A DNA stretch of 64,000 bases, from the NCBI GenBank assembly GCA_031423495.1, contig JANPFP010000066.1:26380-90379 (forward strand), read 5' to 3'. Shown here piece by piece: positions 62,440 through 64,000 of the stretch (position 1 is its first letter; every line of letters begins with the position of its first letter). Source of the stretch: Acidobacteriota bacterium (GTDB lineage Bacteria > Acidobacteriota > Blastocatellia > RBC074). Under the pieces are notes generated by a model that was given only the letters and a program-made list of their open reading frames with translations, searched no databases and had not been told where the DNA came from. The translations under genes were made by a program, and so were the position numbers.

Positions 62440-64000
62440 TTACACACGCGGCATCCCGTATCCCACCAAGTGCGCCGCCTTGCGAAACGCTTCTTCGTCA
62501 TTTTCTTTCACGGTCAGATGTTTGTCGCCCGCGCGCAGGCACAGCTTCTTCGTCCGCTCGTGCGTAGCCAGCAATTCAGCCAGTTCCGCGTTGGCGCATT
62601 CGATCAACAGCGCCGTGCCTTTTTGTTTTAACGCGCGCGCATTGCGTTCGGTAGTGATGAAAAAGGCGATGACCGTATCGGGCAATTCCTGTTCGTCGCG
62701 CGCCGCGAGGAATTCGCGCAGTTCAGTGAGGTTGCCGCCGTTCTCGACTGCGTTAAAAGCCTTGTCGCGGTCGAGCCGCCAAACGCTATCAGATTCTTTT
62801 TCGGCCCAGGTTTCGAGCAACAGGGCTTCGTCAAGCGAAAGGTTGGCGACGTTGACTTGCAAGCTGGGCAAGACGTTCACCGTCGCTTTGGCTTCGATGC
62901 CGGCGGGCGTGTAACTCTTCGTTAGTTCAAGGCAATAAGCGCCGAGCGCGTTCACGCGGAAGTAAAGCAAGCCGTCGTAACGGCTGAGAAAACTCAGATC
63001 ATCAACGCCCCACATGTCTGTGAAATCGTCGCGCGCGTGTTCGGGGTCAACATAGGCTACGTCAATCAGCCCTAGCGTGGCGGCGTATTCAAACAGCAAG
63101 GCCATCAGGTAACGCGCTTGCAAAATTTCCCAGCCGTCGTTGCCGCTATTGCTGAGGTTGCCGTAATTGGCGTCAGCGACATAGAGCGTCCACGAGCTGC
63201 GCGTAATTTCGAAGTCGAGCGCCGCCGCTTGCATGTACCGCGAAAAATCATCGAACTTGACCCACGCGCCGACGGGGCAATGTTTGAGGGCTTCGTCAAT
63301 GACGGCGCGGCGCGATTCGATGGCGGTCATGTGGCGTCCGCTTTTGCTTTGCTGGCCTTTGATGGCGTCTACGCGGCTGAACTCATCAAGCAGCTTTGAC
63401 TTGAGCCAGCGTTGCCAGAGCAGCTTCAGCGTTTCAGCGGGCGGCGCGCTCAACGCGGCGCGCCCGGTTTTGGTGAGCGCAAGTTTCTTGCTTTGCAGTT
63501 CGGCCAGCTTGCCTGCTTGCAACAACAGCGGCCAGGCAAAGGCTTTGAACGGGCCGACCTCTTGTTCCCACTTGCTCTCTTTGGGCAGCCATCCGTAAAA
63601 ATCGCCGTCGCGCAACATTGTCGTAATCTCTTTCATCGTCGCGGCTGAAGCCTGAAAGGTTTTTTCGCTGACGGCGAGCTTGCCCTTTTCGATCAAGCGC
63701 AACAGCGTCAACAAGTCTTGTGTGGCGGCGCGTTCGGTTTCGCGGCGTGTGATCGCAATTTGATGAACGACTTCACGCATCTTGGTCGGCTGGCGATATT
63801 CATACGCGCGATTGCCTGAGAGGTGAACGATCTTTTGCGCGTTCTCGTCAACGTCGTATTCCTGCTCAATGCGTTCAACGAATTCCGGCACGGCTTCGAC
63901 GGATTGCAGCCGCAAGCCTTCCGGCTTCGGCACGAATTCGAGCAAGCGCGTTCTCAAGTCATCCGGCACGATGGAGTCGTTGGCGTTGGAAAAAAGAAAC
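62440..64000 (-). CDS. Large hypothetical protein, N-terminally truncated by the window edge; possibly a helicase-associated (PF13625-like) accessory domain protein, with no Walker motifs
   Basis: The frame stays open to the window end beyond the track's GTG start. There are no NTPase motifs. The C-terminal region (LTELREFLAARDEQELPDTVIAFF) resembles helicase-associated domain proteins. Confidence 0.45.
   Translation of the reverse strand, partial: FLFSNANDSIVPDDLRTRLLEFVPKPEGLRLQSVEAVPEFVERIEQEYDVDENAQKIVHLSGNRAYEYRQPTKMREVVHQIAITRRETERAATQDLLTLLRLIEKGKLAVSEKTFQASAATMKEITTMLRDGDFYGWLPKESKWEQEVGPFKAFAWPLLLQAGKLAELQSKKLALTKTGRAALSAPPAETLKLLWQRWLKSKLLDEFSRVDAIKGQQSKSGRHMTAIESRRAVIDEALKHCPVGAWVKFDDFSRYMQAAALDFEITRSSWTLYVADANYGNLSNSGNDGWEILQARYLMALLFEYAATLGLIDVAYVDPEHARDDFTDMWGVDDLSFLSRYDGLLYFRVNALGAYCLELTKSYTPAGIEAKATVNVLPSLQVNVANLSLDEALLLETWAEKESDSVWRLDRDKAFNAVENGGNLTELREFLAARDEQELPDTVIAFFITTERNARALKQKGTALLIECANAELAELLATHERTKKLCLRAGDKHLTVKENDEEAFRKAAHLVGYGMPRV

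Overview
This is a GC-rich (about 60% GC) bacterial chromosomal window. Its gene content (repeated DUF1501 and DUF1549/DUF1553/PSCyt 'planctomycete cytochrome' paralogues, GntR, a Y_Y_Y hybrid-type sensor kinase) points to an Acidobacteriota/Planctomycetota-like soil organism.

The first ~21 kb is one giant minus-strand gene that runs off the left edge of the window, which is why the ORF track does not list it. It encodes a signal peptide, two SdrD-B-like domains, and then about 68 tandem ~88-aa Ig-like (He_PIG/HYR-type) domains, each with a conserved Cys pair. The repeat array contains nested higher-order repeats. All plus-strand ORFs over this stretch are shadow ORFs.

The rest of the window carries:
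- housekeeping and accessory genes: a YgjP-like hydrolase, GntR, two DUF1501 proteins, three DUF1549/DUF1553 proteins, glcE/glcF-like genes, an iscS…iscU pair split by a low-GC two-gene island (EEP-family nuclease plus a 164-aa unknown), DUF1080, a class A beta-lactamase fusion, a response regulator with PP2C domain plus a large Y_Y_Y histidine kinase followed by a receiver-domain remnant, an Rpn/YhgA-like transposase, a PHP hydrolase, an ankyrin protein, a TonB-C protein and metH;
- a terminal island (58.4–64 kb): a low-GC HEPN-motif Abi-like protein, three tandem antitoxin-like small genes (UPF0175, DUF104 and a paralogue) with no PIN toxin, an AbiEii-type nucleotidyltransferase and several unknown small genes.

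Several non-coding structured or repeat elements stand out: (AAAAGGC)n inverted heptamer arrays in two places, a (GTTGYCA)n array in the iscS leader, a 31-bp and a 34-bp perfect inverted repeat, and a ~230-nt palindrome.

No rRNA, tRNA or CRISPR array was recognised by eye.
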